From the NCBI GenBank assembly GCA_021792635.1, contig JAJYUH010000002.1, forward strand, positions 234,313 to 298,312: DNA of 64,000 nt, given 5' to 3'. The notes under the pieces are model-generated. The model searched no databases. It saw only the letters and a program-made list of their open reading frames with translations, and was not told the origin of the DNA. The position numbers and the translations under genes are program-made. The DNA is from Natronospirales bacterium. GTDB taxonomy: Bacteria > Pseudomonadota > Gammaproteobacteria > Natronospirales > REEB76. Positions 55,115 through 64,000 of this stretch are shown here, one piece after another. The number at the start of each line of letters is the position of its first letter. Positions within the stretch are counted from its first letter, which is position 1.

Positions 55115-55867
55115 TTACTGCGCATCAAACTGCTGTCCGGTTATACCCTTGCTGTCAGGCCCCAATAGATAGAGATAAGCCGGCAGAATGTCTTCCGGGG
55201 TTTTCAATGTACTGAGGTCTTCGGCAGGAAATGCCTGACGGCGCATGGCGGTGCGCACCGCTCCGGGATTGAGGGAGTTCACCCGCAGGGTGCCGCGGAA
55301 TTCGACTTCGTCCGCCAGCGTCAGCGACAGGGCTTCGATGCCGTACTTGGAGACGGCGTAGGCACCCCAATAGGCACGGGCCTTGCGGCCCACACCGCTG
55401 GCGGTGAACACCACCGAGGCATCTAACGATTTGTACAGCAGCTCCAGACAGGCCCGGGTGAGCAGGAAGGGCGCGGTGAGATTTACCTGCAACACCTGCT
55501 GCCAGATATGAATCTCGTGATGTTCGATGGGCGCGCGCTCACCCAGGATGCCGGCGTTGTGCAACAGGCCGTCCAACCGGCCGTATTCCTTGTCCAGCGC
55601 GCCCACCATCTGCTCATAGTCCGTATATTTGGCGCCCATCAGGTCCATGGGATAGATGCCCGGCAGGGGGCCGCCGGCTGCCAGGATTTCGTCGTACACG
55701 TTTTCCAGCTTGTTGACGGTCTTGCCCAGCAGGATCACCGTGGCGCCGTGGGCGCCGAGACTTTTGGCGACCGCGCGGCCGATGCCGGCGCCGGCGCCGG
55801 TGACCAGAATGACGCGATCCTTGAGCAAATTCTTCGCTGGCGTGTAATCACCTGGACAACGGGTCAT
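55115..55867 (-). CDS. yciK: YciK-like short-chain dehydrogenase
   Basis: TGAGAGIG, LHNAG, WGAYAVSK. Confidence 0.88.
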   Translation of the reverse strand: MTRCPGDYTPAKNLLKDRVILVTGAGAGIGRAVAKSLGAHGATVILLGKTVNKLENVYDEILAAGGPLPGIYPMDLMGAKYTDYEQMVGALDKEYGRLDGLLHNAGILGERAPIEHHEIHIWQQVLQVNLTAPFLLTRACLELLYKSLDASVVFTASGVGRKARAYWGAYAVSKYGIEALSLTLADEVEFRGTLRVNSLNPGAVRTAMRRQAFPAEDLSTLKTPEDILPAYLYLLGPDSKGITGQQFDAQ

Positions 55868-55893
55868 GATGTGCTGGAATCCCCGGAGAGTGG

Positions 55894-56739
55894 TTAACGG
55901 GCTGCGGCGCGGGCACTGCGCCAGGCCGTGATGAGGGCCGCGAGCGGCCGCAATTCTACCGGCGCACCGCCGGGTTTGTAATCAGGACGGGTAATTTTTT
56001 TCAGGCGCGCCTCCGCCAGGCCGTTCAGTATCCAGCCGCTGCAGAGCATGTCGCATTCCGCCGTTATGTCAGCCTTGGCCGTATCCCGCAGCGTGCGCGC
56101 ACGCTGCGCATAATCGGCCAACAGCTTCTTGAGTCCGGTATCGGTGTGGGCATCACCGACGATATGCCGGTCCACCCCGTGTTTGCGCAAGTCATCGGCG
56201 GCGAAATACACCCGGCCGTGTTCGGCGTAAACCGCACCCTGCGTGACGATATCCGCCAACTGCCAGGCGGCGCCCAAGCGGCGCGCCGCAGCCAGAGTGG
56301 TTTGTTGTTGTGCGCCCCGGAGCAGCGCCGCGAGTTCCACCAGGGTGCCGCCGCGGCACTGGCAGTAGTGTTCCACGTCCGCGAAATGCGGAAACGGCGG
56401 CGCGGCGATATCCGCGCGCACGCTCTCGATGATGCCCAGAAATGGCTGGACCGGCAGCCCCCGTTTTTTGCTGGCCGCCAACAGGTTCAGGGATAGGGGA
56501 TGGCGCGGCTTGTGCTCCCCGAGCAGGCCGATTTCTTCCCGCCACCAGGCGAGTTTGGCCTGGGCTACGCCTGCATCGCTGCATTCACGCAGGATTTCGC
56601 GGATTTCCACATAGATGGCGAACAACGCCGTAAGCGCCTCACGCTGCCCGCGCGGCGTGAACAGCACGGCAAAACGCAGGTCTGCGGGCGCGGCGGCAAG
56701 CTTGCGCCGCGCCTGCTCGGCGTCATGTTCCGGAGTCAT
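55894..56739 (-). CDS. Squalene/phytoene synthase-fold protein with degenerate active site
   Basis: AQAKLAWWREEI, HP, GRVYF; Asp-rich motifs absent. Confidence 0.75.
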   Translation of the reverse strand: MTPEHDAEQARRKLAAAPADLRFAVLFTPRGQREALTALFAIYVEIREILRECSDAGVAQAKLAWWREEIGLLGEHKPRHPLSLNLLAASKKRGLPVQPFLGIIESVRADIAAPPFPHFADVEHYCQCRGGTLVELAALLRGAQQQTTLAAARRLGAAWQLADIVTQGAVYAEHGRVYFAADDLRKHGVDRHIVGDAHTDTGLKKLLADYAQRARTLRDTAKADITAECDMLCSGWILNGLAEARLKKITRPDYKPGGAPVELRPLAALITAWRSARAAAR

Positions 56740-58206
56740 CCGGGCTGTCGTCGCCGGCGCTGCGCGGCGTCACGTCCAGCTGCTCCAGTTCCGGTAACGG
56801 CTTTTTTTCCCGTATGCCCATCTCCGGGAAGCGCCGCGCGCTGGGCAACACCTGATGTTCCCAGGAACCCAATGCCTTGTTGTAGTGTTCCACGCTTTGC
56901 CCGAGGGCGCGACCGATACGGCCCAGGTGTTCATTGAAGGTGGCGATACGTTTGAAGAGTTCCTCGCCCAGTTCGCGGATCTGTTCCGCATTTTCCGCCA
57001 CCGCCTGTTGACGCCAGCCGAATGCCACCGCGCGCAACAGAGCGATCAGGCTGGTGGGCGTGGCGAGTACCACCTTGTTAGTAAAGGCGTCTTCCATGAG
57101 TTTGGGATCTTCGTCCAGAGCCGCGCTCAGAAACTGTTCTCCGGGTACGAACATCACCACGAAATCCGGGGAATCCCGGTACTGAGTCCAGTAAGCCTTG
57201 CTGGCCAGTTCACGCATGCGCTCGCGTACCTTGCGCGCATGTTGCTGCAGGAACTGGCGGCGTTCCTCCTCGGTCCTGGCGCCGACCGCGCTCAAGTAGG
57301 CATCGAGCGGCGTCTTGGCGTCCACCACCAGTTCGCGCTTGTCCGGCATGCGCACGACCATGTCCGGGCGCAGCCGGCCGCTATCCGTATCCCGGCTGTC
57401 CTGCTCGGTGAAATCGCAGTATCTCACCATGCCGGCCAGTTCGGCGAGGCGCCGCAACGTCATCTCACCCCATTGGCCGCGCACTTCCGGCCGACGCAAC
57501 GCCTGCACCAGGTTGCGCGTTTCCGCCTGCAACTGGGCCTGGGTCTCATGCATGTCGGTGAGATAGCGGGTGATATTGCCGTAGGCTTCCTTGCGTTCCT
57601 TTTCCACGATAGCGTCGCATCGCTCGTGATGGCCGGTACGGTCCCGGCGTCCCGGCCACTCGCTCCAGCGACGGCCCATTCCTTTGCTGCGGCACGCCCG
57701 GCGTTCGGAAACCGTTACTTCGCACGGTTTCCTCCACCCTGGCTTTACGCCCCGGCGCGGCCTTCGCACCACGCGGACGCTGTGCTACGGCCGCTGGGGC
57801 TACCGCAGGCTCTTCGCCTCGGCGCTTCGCGCCTTCCCTGGCTCATCGTCTGATGGATTTGTTCCTCGGTTTTCTTCAAGGTTTCGCCGATGGGTTTCAC
57901 CAGGTCCGCGAAGGCCTTTTCCTTTTTTTCCAGTTCGCCTTGGGCCGCCACCTGGAATTTACCCAGGTTCTGGGTCGCGAGCTCCAGAAAGGACTGGTTA
58001 TTGTTCCTCAGCACATCGCCCGCCAGGGCCTTGAAGGTCTTTTCCAGTTCCTCACGGGTAGTGTTCACGGCCTCGGCTTTGGCCCTGAGCGTGGCCAGCT
58101 CGATTCCCAGTTCACTGATATGTCGGCGCTCACGCATCACGGCGACTGCGTAGCCGGCAATGAGTCCGATCACCAGGGCGACAACTGTGAATACGATGGT
58201 CATCAT
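56723..58206 (-). pseudogene. rmuC: DNA recombination protein RmuC interrupted by the 242-bp element
   Basis: RGQWGE, RPD, VDAK, FVPGE motifs; removing 57607-57848 gives one 413-aa ORF (EQIHQ-M-EKER). Confidence 0.92.
57607..57848. mobile_element. 242-bp element, copy 2 (inside rmuC)
   Basis: Identical to 32909-33150; flanked by A and T; no target duplication. Confidence 0.92.
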
Positions 58207-58889
58207 CCAGTCTCTCGCACGGCGGCGGTTGCATGGGCATGATGGTCCAGCCACGCCAGCAGGTCGGTGGGCTTTTCCAGCAGACCGTCCGCCTGCCAGT
58301 CAGCCGGCCGTTCGCCGGCATCAATATAACCATACAGGGCCACAAGCGTCTGCATGCCGGCGGCGCGACCTGCTTCCACATCACGCTGCGCGTCACCCAC
58401 ATAGATACTGTCGGCCGGGCTGCAGCCGGTAAGTTTGCAGGCGTGCAGCAACTGGTCCGGATGCGGTTTGCGGCGTGGCGTAGTGTCACCGCTGACCACG
58501 CAGACAGCGCGTTGGGCGAGATGGAATATCCTGAGCAGCGGTTCCGTCAATGCCCCCGGCTTGTTGGTGACAACGCCCCAGCGCAGGGTGCGCCGCTCCA
58601 GTTCCTGCAGCACCGTTTCGATTCCCGGGAAAAAGCGCGTTTCACAACTGAGACAACCGCCATAAATGGCAAGCAGACGTGCGCGCATGCCGGCATAGCG
58701 TGAATCATTCTGCTCGATGCCGAAACCCAGTTTCAGCAATGCCGGCGAGCCATGGGAGACCACCGGCCGGATCACTTCCTGCGGCAATGGCGGCAGGTTG
58801 TGTTCGGCGCGCTGGGTGTTGAGCGCCGTGCCCAGGTCAGGCGCCGTATCCAGCAGTGTGCCGTCGAGATCAAAAAGCACCAATTGCAT
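58203..58889 (-). CDS. gph: Phosphoglycolate phosphatase (HAD)
   Basis: FDLDGTLLD, VTNK, KPHP, VGD. Confidence 0.88.
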   Translation of the reverse strand: MQLVLFDLDGTLLDTAPDLGTALNTQRAEHNLPPLPQEVIRPVVSHGSPALLKLGFGIEQNDSRYAGMRARLLAIYGGCLSCETRFFPGIETVLQELERRTLRWGVVTNKPGALTEPLLRIFHLAQRAVCVVSGDTTPRRKPHPDQLLHACKLTGCSPADSIYVGDAQRDVEAGRAAGMQTLVALYGYIDAGERPADWQADGLLEKPTDLLAWLDHHAHATAAVRETG

Positions 58890-58895
58890 CAATGC

Positions 58896-59606
58896 TCAAT
58901 CCTGCCGCGTGAAGTGCATGAAATAGTTCACGTCCACATCACCGCCCAAACGGTAGCGACGTGTCAGTGGCTGATAATGCAGTCCGGTGCTGTTCCGCAG
59001 CACGAGACCCCCATCTCGCGCCCAGCGGTCGAGTTCGGACGGGCGGATGAACCTGACATATTCGTGGGTGCCTCGGGGGATGAGTCGCAGTACATATTCA
59101 CCGGCGACAATGGCCAACAGGAAGGATTTCAAATTGCGGTTGAGCGTGGAGAAAAATACATGGCCCCCGGGACACACAAGCGCAGCGCACGCACGCACGA
59201 CGGAATCGGGTTGCGGCACATGCTCGAGCATTTCCATGCAGGTCACCGCATGGAAGCGGGCCGGCATTTCCACCGCCAGCGCTTCTGCGGTTATCCGGCG
59301 ATAGTCAACCTTGAGTCCCGATTCCTTGAGATGCAGGCGCGCCACCGCGAGCGGCGCTTCCGCCATGTCAATGCCGGTGACCTCGGCGCCACGTTGAACC
59401 ATGGCTTCCGCCAGCAAGCCGCCACCACAGCCGATATCCAGGACACGCTTACCTTTGAGACCTGCGCGCTTATCAATGTAATCGAGACGCAGGGGATTGA
59501 TGGCATGCAGCGGGCGGAATTCCCCCGTGGCATCCCACCAGCGGGACGCCAGGGCCTCGAATCGGGATATTTCTCGGCTGTCGACGTTGGCATGCGAGGT
59601 GTTCAT
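58896..59606 (-). CDS. ubiG: Ubiquinone biosynthesis O-methyltransferase
   Basis: [23 protein letters not shown]. Confidence 0.96.
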   Translation of the reverse strand: MNTSHANVDSREISRFEALASRWWDATGEFRPLHAINPLRLDYIDKRAGLKGKRVLDIGCGGGLLAEAMVQRGAEVTGIDMAEAPLAVARLHLKESGLKVDYRRITAEALAVEMPARFHAVTCMEMLEHVPQPDSVVRACAALVCPGGHVFFSTLNRNLKSFLLAIVAGEYVLRLIPRGTHEYVRFIRPSELDRWARDGGLVLRNSTGLHYQPLTRRYRLGGDVDVNYFMHFTRQD

Positions 59607-60940
59607 GCAGAGGTAACCTCAGCTGTACCCCGGGCCATGCGCCGCCCCCAGCGATGTGCGCGTTGCAGGGTGCTGTGCAGATCAAGACAAGTCAGTTCCC
59701 CCTGGCGCAATAAATGCCGGCCGGCCACCCATACATCCGTCACCTGATCGCGGCCGGCCGCATACACCAGTTGTGAGAGAGGATGGTACAGGGGCTGGCA
59801 TTCGGTATCACTGAGGTCCACGGCGGTCATATCCGCCCACTTGCCCGGAACCAGCGAGCCGATGTCTTGGTCGAGGCCGAGCGCGCGTGCGCCATTGAGC
59901 GTGGCCATGCGCAAGGCCGCGGCGGCAGGCAGCGCAGCGGCATCCCCGGCTACGCCCTTGGCCAGCAGCGCGGCAGTGTGCATCTCACCCAGCATATCCA
60001 GATCGTTATTGCTGGCGGCACCATCAGTGCCAAGCGCCACATTCACGCCGGCGGCAAGCAGTCTTGCCACCGGACAGAATCCACTGGCGAGTTTCAGATT
60101 GGATTCCGCACAATGGACCACATGTACGCCGCAACGCGCGATTTCACTGATTTCATCCTGTGCGAGCTGGGTCATGTGTACCGCCATGAGGTTCGGCGTG
60201 AGCAATCCCAGTTCCGCAAGTCGGGCCAATGGCCGTTGGCCGTGTTGCCGCAGACTTTGTTCCATTTCCTGGACGGTTTCGTGCAGGTGCGTATGTATGG
60301 GCACCTCCAGCTCATCGGCGAGCGTGCGTATTTCCTGCAGCCAGACGTCCGCCACGGTGTAAGGCGCGTGTGGGGCAAACGCAAAGCTGAGCAGCGGATC
60401 TTCTTTATACTGGTCGCGCAATGCCGTGCCCTTGGCGAGGTAATCACGCGGGCCGCTGCCCCAGGCGGAGGGAAAGTCCAGCACGATCATGCCGATGCAG
60501 GCACGCATGCCGCAACGGCGCGCCGTATCGGCGGTGACTCCCGGGAAGAAGTACATGTCGTTGAAGCAGGTGGTGCCGCTGCGCAGCATCCCGGCAATGG
60601 CGAGCTCGCTGCCGTCACGTACAAATTCCGCGTTCACCCAGCGGGCTTCTGCCGGCCAGATATGTTCCCGCAACCACGGCATCAACGGCAAATCATCGGC
60701 CAAACCGCGCAGCAGTGTCATGGCGGCATGGGTGTGGGCATTGATGAAACCGGGAATAAGCGCATGTTCAGGGAGTTCCACCACATCCGGGGAGTGGAAT
60801 TGGGTGCGTGCCTCGTTGCCGGGCAGGATGGCGAGGATGCGCCCGCCGCGTATGGCTATCGCGTGCTGTTCATATATTACTTCCGGTTCCACCGGCAGGA
60901 TCCAGCGGGCATGCACTACGAGATCGGCAAAGGTTGTCAT
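59603..60940 (-). CDS. TRZ/ATZ amidohydrolase (MTA/SAH deaminase-like)
   Basis: [24 protein letters not shown]. Confidence 0.9.
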   Translation of the reverse strand: MTTFADLVVHARWILPVEPEVIYEQHAIAIRGGRILAILPGNEARTQFHSPDVVELPEHALIPGFINAHTHAAMTLLRGLADDLPLMPWLREHIWPAEARWVNAEFVRDGSELAIAGMLRSGTTCFNDMYFFPGVTADTARRCGMRACIGMIVLDFPSAWGSGPRDYLAKGTALRDQYKEDPLLSFAFAPHAPYTVADVWLQEIRTLADELEVPIHTHLHETVQEMEQSLRQHGQRPLARLAELGLLTPNLMAVHMTQLAQDEISEIARCGVHVVHCAESNLKLASGFCPVARLLAAGVNVALGTDGAASNNDLDMLGEMHTAALLAKGVAGDAAALPAAAALRMATLNGARALGLDQDIGSLVPGKWADMTAVDLSDTECQPLYHPLSQLVYAAGRDQVTDVWVAGRHLLRQGELTCLDLHSTLQRAHRWGRRMARGTAEVTSA

Positions 60941-61017
60941 TTATCTGATCGGGATCCGCTCAAGGGTGGAACAGGCAGGAGCATGCGGGAACACGGCATC
61001 GGCACCGGTGCGGGGTG

Positions 61018-61809
61018 TCAGTCCGCGGGCGCGCGTACCACCGCCTCGATATCCACGTAGCGGTTGTCCGCGGCCGTACGGGCGTGCAAACGCGGTTCGC
61101 TGCTGCCCACACCACGCACGCTTACGCTGCGCGGGTTTACGCCGAGCGATAGCAGCCACAGTTGCGCGGATCTGGCGCGCATCTCCGAGAGCCATTGATT
61201 AAAGCGTACCGGACCGCTTTTGTCCGTGTGCCCGGTAATGCGAATGTGCTCGACACCGCGGTATTGTTCCAGTGAATCCACAAAGGCGGTCAGCGCCATA
61301 CGGTTATTGCGCGACAAGCCGGCACGGTTGAGCCTGAAGGGACTGGGGGTGGCGAAATGTATCGCTTTCGTGATGAAGTGCGGCGTGCTGACAGGCGCAC
61401 GAGATGCGGGTCCGGCAAGTATGCCCGATGGTGCGGCTGTGAGGAGCGGTATAACAGGTGGCGGCGGGGCAATGAGCGCCGGCAGAGCAATGTGCGCCGC
61501 TAGCAGATGAGGTTTGGGTTTCAGGGGCGGAAACAGGTAACCGAATTCGTCCAGCGGCAGGGGTTCGATATGCTGATTGAGATCCAGTTGCGCCAGCTGG
61601 TAGCAATCACTGTTTCTGTCGGCGGGGGTGAGGGGCCCGATTTGCACGCACGCACCTTGCGCGTTTCTTACCGGCCGGCCGGTGTTATCCAGCAGATAAC
61701 CGCTTTGCGGGCGATGTGTGGCACAGCCCGCGCTTGCTGCGAGCAGTGCGAGAGCGATTCCCCGGCGGAATAATACCCCCGGATTTTCTGCGCTTGTTGG
61801 GTTGGCCAT
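61018..61809 (-). CDS. OmpA-family lipoprotein
   Basis: SAGC lipobox, GHTD...N..LSEMRA, NRYVDI. Confidence 0.85.
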   Translation of the reverse strand: MANPTSAENPGVLFRRGIALALLAASAGCATHRPQSGYLLDNTGRPVRNAQGACVQIGPLTPADRNSDCYQLAQLDLNQHIEPLPLDEFGYLFPPLKPKPHLLAAHIALPALIAPPPPVIPLLTAAPSGILAGPASRAPVSTPHFITKAIHFATPSPFRLNRAGLSRNNRMALTAFVDSLEQYRGVEHIRITGHTDKSGPVRFNQWLSEMRARSAQLWLLSLGVNPRSVSVRGVGSSEPRLHARTAADNRYVDIEAVVRAPAD

Positions 61810-62056
61810 GAACTGCACAGGCATGCCGTGGAGCGGTCTCACTATAGCAGACTTGCGGTGCCTGTGGCGGAGCGGGCAGGTACCGACTGGGGTCCGTACA
61901 GGGAAGCAGCGGTGTTTGCGATCGGCACAAAACCCGATTGAAAGCGAGGGAACCGGAAGTCGTACTATCCGGTTTTCCGGTTGAATGGGTCATAAACAGC
62001 CTTTCCCGGCACCTTGCTAGAATAGCCAAGCTGCAACGGCAATCCGGGAATATTCC

Positions 62057-63106
62057 ATGCCTAATCCGCGCCGCGGTATCCAGCCCCTGTATTGGCAACG
62101 GGGTGCTCTGCACGTGCTCGATCAGTGCGCGCTGCCGGCACGGGAAAACTGGCTGCGTATCGACAATGCCGCGGGTGTGGCTGACGCCATCCGCAGCATG
62201 ATGATACGCGGCGCACCGGCTATCGGCATTGCCGCAGCCTACGGGGTGGTGCTGAGCGGCCGTATGCATGCCGACAAGCCGGTATCCGCGCAACAGCAGG
62301 CCATCGCCGCGGATATGCGCCTGCTTGCTGCCGCACGCCCCACGGCAGTCAACCTTTTCTGGGCATTGGCGCGCATGCGCCGGGTGCTGGAAAAACAGTC
62401 GCCGCAACTGGTTGAAGTGCTGCTGCAGGAGGCCCAGGCGATCCATCAGCAGGACCTGGAGCAGAATCGGCGCATGGCGGAGCTGGGCAGCAGCCTGATT
62501 TTATCCGGCAGCGCGGTGCTGACCCACTGCAATACCGGCAGCCTTGCCACCGGGGGGTACGGTACGGCGCTGGGTGTGATTCGCAGTGCCTTTCGGGCGG
62601 GACACCTGCGCGGCATCTTCGCCACCGAGACGCGGCCCTGGTTGCAGGGGGCACGCCTTACCGTTTGGGAGCTCAGCCGCAACGATATTCCAGTGACCCT
62701 GATTACCGACTCCGCGGCAGCGGCCGTCATGCGACGGGAGCACATCAACTGGGTAATCGTGGGCGCGGACCGCATCGCCGCCAACGGCGATGTCGCCAAC
62801 AAGATCGGCACCTACGCGCTGGCGCTGGCGGCGCGCCATCACGGAGCCTGTTTCATGGTGGTGGCGCCCTTCAATACGGTGGACATGCAGCTTGCCAGCG
62901 GTGCGGATCTCCCCATTGAGTACCGCAGCGGCGAGGAACTGTGGAAAACCGCCGGTTTTGAGCAGCCGCCCGCGGGGGTAGAGATACTGAATCCGGTTTT
63001 TGACGTGACCCCGGCTGCGCTCGTGGATGTGCTGGTGACGGAACGCGGCGTGATACCCAAACCGGAGCTGCGCAAAATGATGGAAGCATGTGCAAATACC
63101 CGTTGA
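62057..63106 (+). CDS. mtnA: Methylthioribose-1-phosphate isomerase
   Basis: RGAPAIG, THCNTG, ETRP, NKIGTY. Confidence 0.95.
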   Translation: MPNPRRGIQPLYWQRGALHVLDQCALPARENWLRIDNAAGVADAIRSMMIRGAPAIGIAAAYGVVLSGRMHADKPVSAQQQAIAADMRLLAAARPTAVNLFWALARMRRVLEKQSPQLVEVLLQEAQAIHQQDLEQNRRMAELGSSLILSGSAVLTHCNTGSLATGGYGTALGVIRSAFRAGHLRGIFATETRPWLQGARLTVWELSRNDIPVTLITDSAAAAVMRREHINWVIVGADRIAANGDVANKIGTYALALAARHHGACFMVVAPFNTVDMQLASGADLPIEYRSGEELWKTAGFEQPPAGVEILNPVFDVTPAALVDVLVTERGVIPKPELRKMMEACANTR

Positions 63107-63187
63107 ATTGCCCGTCTGTGGTAAAATTCACGCTTTGAATTTTCCGCCTTCAGCGGCCCCATAAAGCACCATAAGCCCAGTCCCCGC

Positions 63188-64000
63188 ATGGCCGAATTTG
63201 CCCGCGAGCTTACGCTCGTCAGCCTCGAAGAGGAGATGAAGCAGTCCTACCTTGATTACGCCATGAGCGTGATCGTGGGGCGGGCGCTGCCGGACGTGCG
63301 CGACGGTCTCAAACCCGTGCACCGGCGCGTGCTCTACGCCATGAAAGAACTGGGCAACGACTATAACAAGCCCTACAAGAAATCCGCCCGTGTGGTGGGT
63401 GATGTCATCGGCAAATACCACCCCCACGGCGACACCGCGGTGTACGACACCATGGTGCGCATGGCGCAGTTGTTTTCCATGCGGTACGTCCTGGTGGATG
63501 GTCAGGGCAATTTCGGCTCCGTGGACGGCGATGCACCGGCGGCCATGCGGTACACCGAGGTACGCATGGCGAAACTTGCTCATGAGATGCTTGCCGATAT
63601 TGACAAGGAAACGGTGGACTTTGCTTCCAATTACGACGAATCCGAGAGCGAGCCGTCGGTGCTGCCGACACGGCTGCCGAACCTGCTGGTCAATGGTTCT
63701 TCCGGCATCGCGGTGGGTATGGCCACCAACATCCCGCCGCACAATCTCAAGGAAGTCATCAGCGCATGCGTGGCGCTCATAGACGACTCTTCTCTCACTA
63801 TTCACAATTTGATGAAGCACCTGCCGGGACCGGATTTCCCCACCGGCGGCATCATCAACGGTGCGCGCGGCATCCATGAGGCCTATTTCACCGGCCGTGG
63901 CCGCATCTTTGTGCGAGCGAAAAGCCACGTGGAAGGAGGGGAAAGCGGCAAGCAGTCCATCATCGTGACGGAACTGCCATACATGGTGAACAAGGCACGG
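63188..64000 (+). CDS. gyrA: DNA gyrase subunit A (3' truncated by window edge)
   Basis: [37 protein letters not shown]. Confidence 0.97.
   Translation, partial: MAEFARELTLVSLEEEMKQSYLDYAMSVIVGRALPDVRDGLKPVHRRVLYAMKELGNDYNKPYKKSARVVGDVIGKYHPHGDTAVYDTMVRMAQLFSMRYVLVDGQGNFGSVDGDAPAAMRYTEVRMAKLAHEMLADIDKETVDFASNYDESESEPSVLPTRLPNLLVNGSSGIAVGMATNIPPHNLKEVISACVALIDDSSLTIHNLMKHLPGPDFPTGGIINGARGIHEAYFTGRGRIFVRAKSHVEGGESGKQSIIVTELPYMVNKAR

Noticed and set aside
57607-57848. 242-bp element as a group I or group II intron
   Set aside because: No GUGYG...AY ends or catalytic domain V triad, no U before the 5' junction and no recognisable P7 core

Overview
Chromosomal window of a high-GC Gammaproteobacterium (taxonomy inferred from gene content: nuo operon, smc-zipA-ligA, scpAB, fabA-fabB, GyrA with the [10 protein letters not shown] motif). 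Core genes run nuoG(partial)-nuoN, initiator tRNA-Met, fabB/fabA/traR-like, rimP-nusA-infB-rbfA-truB-rpsO-pnp. After an accessory island they continue yheT, gluQ, dksA, cysZ (broken), queF, smc, zipA, ligA, ppiC, bolA, yciI/B/O, trpS, scpAB, rluB, yciK, rmuC (interrupted), gph, ubiG, mtaD-like, ompA-like, mtnA and gyrA (partial). The ~15-kb island (~21195-36610) has no integrase. It holds about eight toxin-antitoxin modules, several with broken toxins and intact antitoxins. It also holds a low-GC cassette: HipA-like kinase, DUF3037-like protein, PD-(D/E)XK nuclease and a convergent N6-methyltransferase-TRD fusion. Repeated gene remnants (hsdR start x2, hsdM tail x3, tricorn protease tail x2, HTH x2) bound the cargo. 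The most striking object is a 242-bp hairpin-rich non-coding element present in two identical copies (32909-33150 and 57607-57848). Both copies sit between an A and a T; in rmuC, removing exactly 242 bp restores the gene with no target duplication. All product calls come from motif recognition by eye, not database searches.
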